Part shown: positions 34,470 through 35,862 of the stretch, one piece after another
How positions within the stretch are numbered: the stretch's first letter is position 1
Layout of the letters: each line of letters opens with the position of its first letter
From: a virus
Lineage: Duplodnaviria; Caudoviricetes
IMG/VR virus record: IMGVR_UViG_3300017963_000512
Coordinates: 1-35,862 of that record
Direction: 5' to 3' (one strand)
Length of the DNA stretch: 35,862 nt
The notes under the pieces: generated by a model
Told to the model about the DNA's origin: nothing
Database searches by the model: none
Seen by the model: the letters and a program-made list of their open reading frames with translations, nothing else
Made by a program: the position numbers and the translations under genes

Positions 34470-34891
34470 AACTCGAGAAGTTCAAGAGCAAGATCGGCGA
34501 GCCTGTCGTGGTCATCGGGACCAAGGGACAGGGCTCTGCCACCTGGTCTGGCTTCGCAAAGCGCAGCCGACTGGACTTCTGGAAGCGCCGTGGTGAGACC
34601 AAGAACGTAGCCATCCGTGCCTCCTCGTTCATCGAGGGCAAGGTTGAGTTCAAGGTTCCTGGTGGACTCATGAAGGGTGTTGGTCTCAAGCGTAACGTCA
34701 TGGTCGGTGGCCGACTCGTTGGTCCCCGCAATACCGTCAAGCTGGTAACCAGACCTCCCAAGAGCGACTTCGAGAAGCGGATTCACGACCGCTGGCCAGT
34801 CGTCAAGCGCCAGGATGGCATGGATCATATCTTCACTGAGAATGATGTGATCATCCAGGATTCACCTCAGGGAGATCTATTTGGGGGTTAG
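34454..34891 (+). CDS. Compact SRAP/HMCES(YedK)-like abasic-site-processing protein
   Basis: N-terminal MCG, IRASSFIEG (cf. IPAxGFYEW), VT...IHDRWPVV (cf. IHDRMPVIL). Confidence 0.7.
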   Translation: MCGTLKLEKFKSKIGEPVVVIGTKGQGSATWSGFAKRSRLDFWKRRGETKNVAIRASSFIEGKVEFKVPGGLMKGVGLKRNVMVGGRLVGPRNTVKLVTRPPKSDFEKRIHDRWPVVKRQDGMDHIFTENDVIIQDSPQGDLFGG

Positions 34892-34893
34892 TC

Positions 34894-35121
34894 ATGGAGT
34901 TCAAGATTGATATCCAAAAGCTCCAAGACTGTGACCTACCACGGTACAAGGAACATCTTCTAGACCTGATCATCCAAGTCCATGCTACTGAGGCCTTCAG
35001 ATCAGCAGTAATGGACAAGATTGATGAGGTCAACGAGGAAATCAAACGGAGGAAAGAATGTTGCTCAAAGCCAAGGATTTTGCTATCAGTACCGCTCGTG
35101 CAGCGCTCCCGTTCATCGTAG
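34894..35121 (+). CDS. Hypothetical protein
   Basis: Follows the previous stop by 2 nt. The 3' end overlaps the next gene. Confidence 0.6.
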   Translation: MEFKIDIQKLQDCDLPRYKEHLLDLIIQVHATEAFRSAVMDKIDEVNEEIKRRKECCSKPRILLSVPLVQRSRSS

Positions 35122-35363
35122 CAGTCACCGCGTTCTTCCTGATGGCTATCTTTGTCATCAGGTTGTGCAACGTCTCGGCCAATCCTGCTGGCTATGGCAT
35201 CATTGGCCTGTCAGGCTATGAGCACGCGGTGGTGATCTGCGGAGAAGAGTTCACTGTCAACGAGGGCCACATGAAGGATCCTCAAGTACAGACGCTTCGC
35301 AAACTGGCAGTTGAGAAATGCCCCAACGGGGCTACTGATGTTCCTGCCCCAACCGAGAGGTAA
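35058..35363 (+). CDS. Membrane-anchored protein, paralog of 28905-29204
   Basis: GGAGG RBS, TM helix, GIIGLSGYEHAVVICG. Confidence 0.75.
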   Translation: MLLKAKDFAISTARAALPFIVAVTAFFLMAIFVIRLCNVSANPAGYGIIGLSGYEHAVVICGEEFTVNEGHMKDPQVQTLRKLAVEKCPNGATDVPAPTER

Positions 35364-35367
35364 AGTC

Positions 35368-35703
35368 ATGATCAAGGCAGATCTCATTCAGGAAGTAATA
35401 AAGGTATCTGGTGTTGAACGTCGCCTCACACGACTCATTCATAACCAGTTCCTCAATCTACCTGGTGGACAGCAGGTAATCAAGCAAGGCAAGACCAAGT
35501 TACCTCAGCTGCTGGAAGCAGTTGCTGATCGGTACGACAAGTGGTACACCGAAGACATGCTGATAGCCTGTCTGAAGTTCTACTCGACAGAGGTAGGACA
35601 ACAAGTAATCGAGGCTCAAGAAGGCTTCGAGTCCGATCTCAGCGAGCTCGTCCAAGCGTGGGTAGCTACGGCAATGGGCGACGCAGTGAGAAACGTCTTC
35701 TGA
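35368..35703 (+). CDS. DUF2059-like protein
   Basis: YDKWYTEDMLIACLKFYSTEVGQQVI resembles the DUF2059 pattern Yxx.FTxxELxx...FYxSxxGQK. Confidence 0.65.
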   Translation: MIKADLIQEVIKVSGVERRLTRLIHNQFLNLPGGQQVIKQGKTKLPQLLEAVADRYDKWYTEDMLIACLKFYSTEVGQQVIEAQEGFESDLSELVQAWVATAMGDAVRNVF

Positions 35704-35707
35704 AAAC

Positions 35708-35768
35708 ACACCATTGTGATGGCAAGAAAAAGGGCTTAGAGTCCGAAATCTTGTCATCATAGTGGTGT
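35708..35768 (+). other. 20-bp intergenic RNA hairpin
   Basis: acaccattgtgatggcaaga / tcttgtcatcatagtggtgt pairs fully when G-U is allowed. No U-tract follows. Confidence 0.75.
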
Positions 35769-35780
35769 AAGGAGAGATCG

Positions 35781-35862
35781 ATGAAAGAGCTTCGTGGCCA
35801 TCTGCTTCAGCCTGAGACCTATGGATTCGTCCCTGACGCTATCTGTATCACCACCAATGGCT
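35781..35862 (+). CDS. Probable macrodomain protein (partial, 5' end only)
   Basis: AAGGAG RBS; MKELRGHLL...DAICITTNG resembles the start of phage macrodomains. Only 27 codons are visible. Confidence 0.55.
   Translation, partial: MKELRGHLLQPETYGFVPDAICITTNG

Noticed and set aside
34172-35121. Overlaps of 60-80 nt between adjacent small genes as possible programmed frameshifts
   Set aside because: Each downstream gene has its own strong SD and no slippery sequence is evident. Simple run-on overlap is sufficient.
23213-35760. Minus-strand and alternative-frame ORFs in the right arm (e.g. 24633-25454, 34148-34828)
   Set aside because: Shadow ORFs caused by GC-rich codon bias. The plus-strand genes have the RBSs and stop/start coupling.
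1-35862. CRISPR array, tRNA genes, integrase/transposase, or stop-codon reassignment
   Set aside because: No regularly spaced repeats or cloverleafs were seen, there are no recombinase motifs, and TAA, TAG and TGA all terminate well-coupled genes.

Overview
This window is a fragment of a large tailed dsDNA bacteriophage genome in the standard genetic code, made of two divergently transcribed arms. The left arm (1-22.8 kb, minus strand, almost no intergenic space) is a late head and packaging module. In transcription order it encodes an HNH endonuclease, a possible small terminase, a 1784-aa multi-enzyme 'polyvalent' protein, three Gly/Ala-rich candidate ejection proteins, the large terminase, two probable virion proteins, a portal with a MuF-like extension, a prohead protease/scaffold, a head protein and the major capsid protein. 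The right arm (23.0 kb to the end, plus strand, visibly more GC-rich with C/G-ending codons) is an early/accessory region of small genes: a SAM methyltransferase, Rho_N, DUF3228, L7/L12-like, DUF4313, SLOG, SRAP-like, DUF2059 and a partial macrodomain. These genes are separated by unusually structured intergenic spacers. Three observations stand out. (1) The 1784-aa protein strings together a DEDDh exonuclease, a zincin peptidase, a thermonuclease and two kinases, punctuated by four copies of an ~30-aa motif (FSGxDD...IEGLxHxG...TDFGSGW). (2) A ~410-nt nested multi-stem non-coding RNA candidate lies at 32754-33167. (3) A 357-bp hairpin-rich non-coding element bounded by perfect 16-bp inverted repeats lies at 29701-30057. 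All family assignments come from motif recognition by eye; no searches were run.
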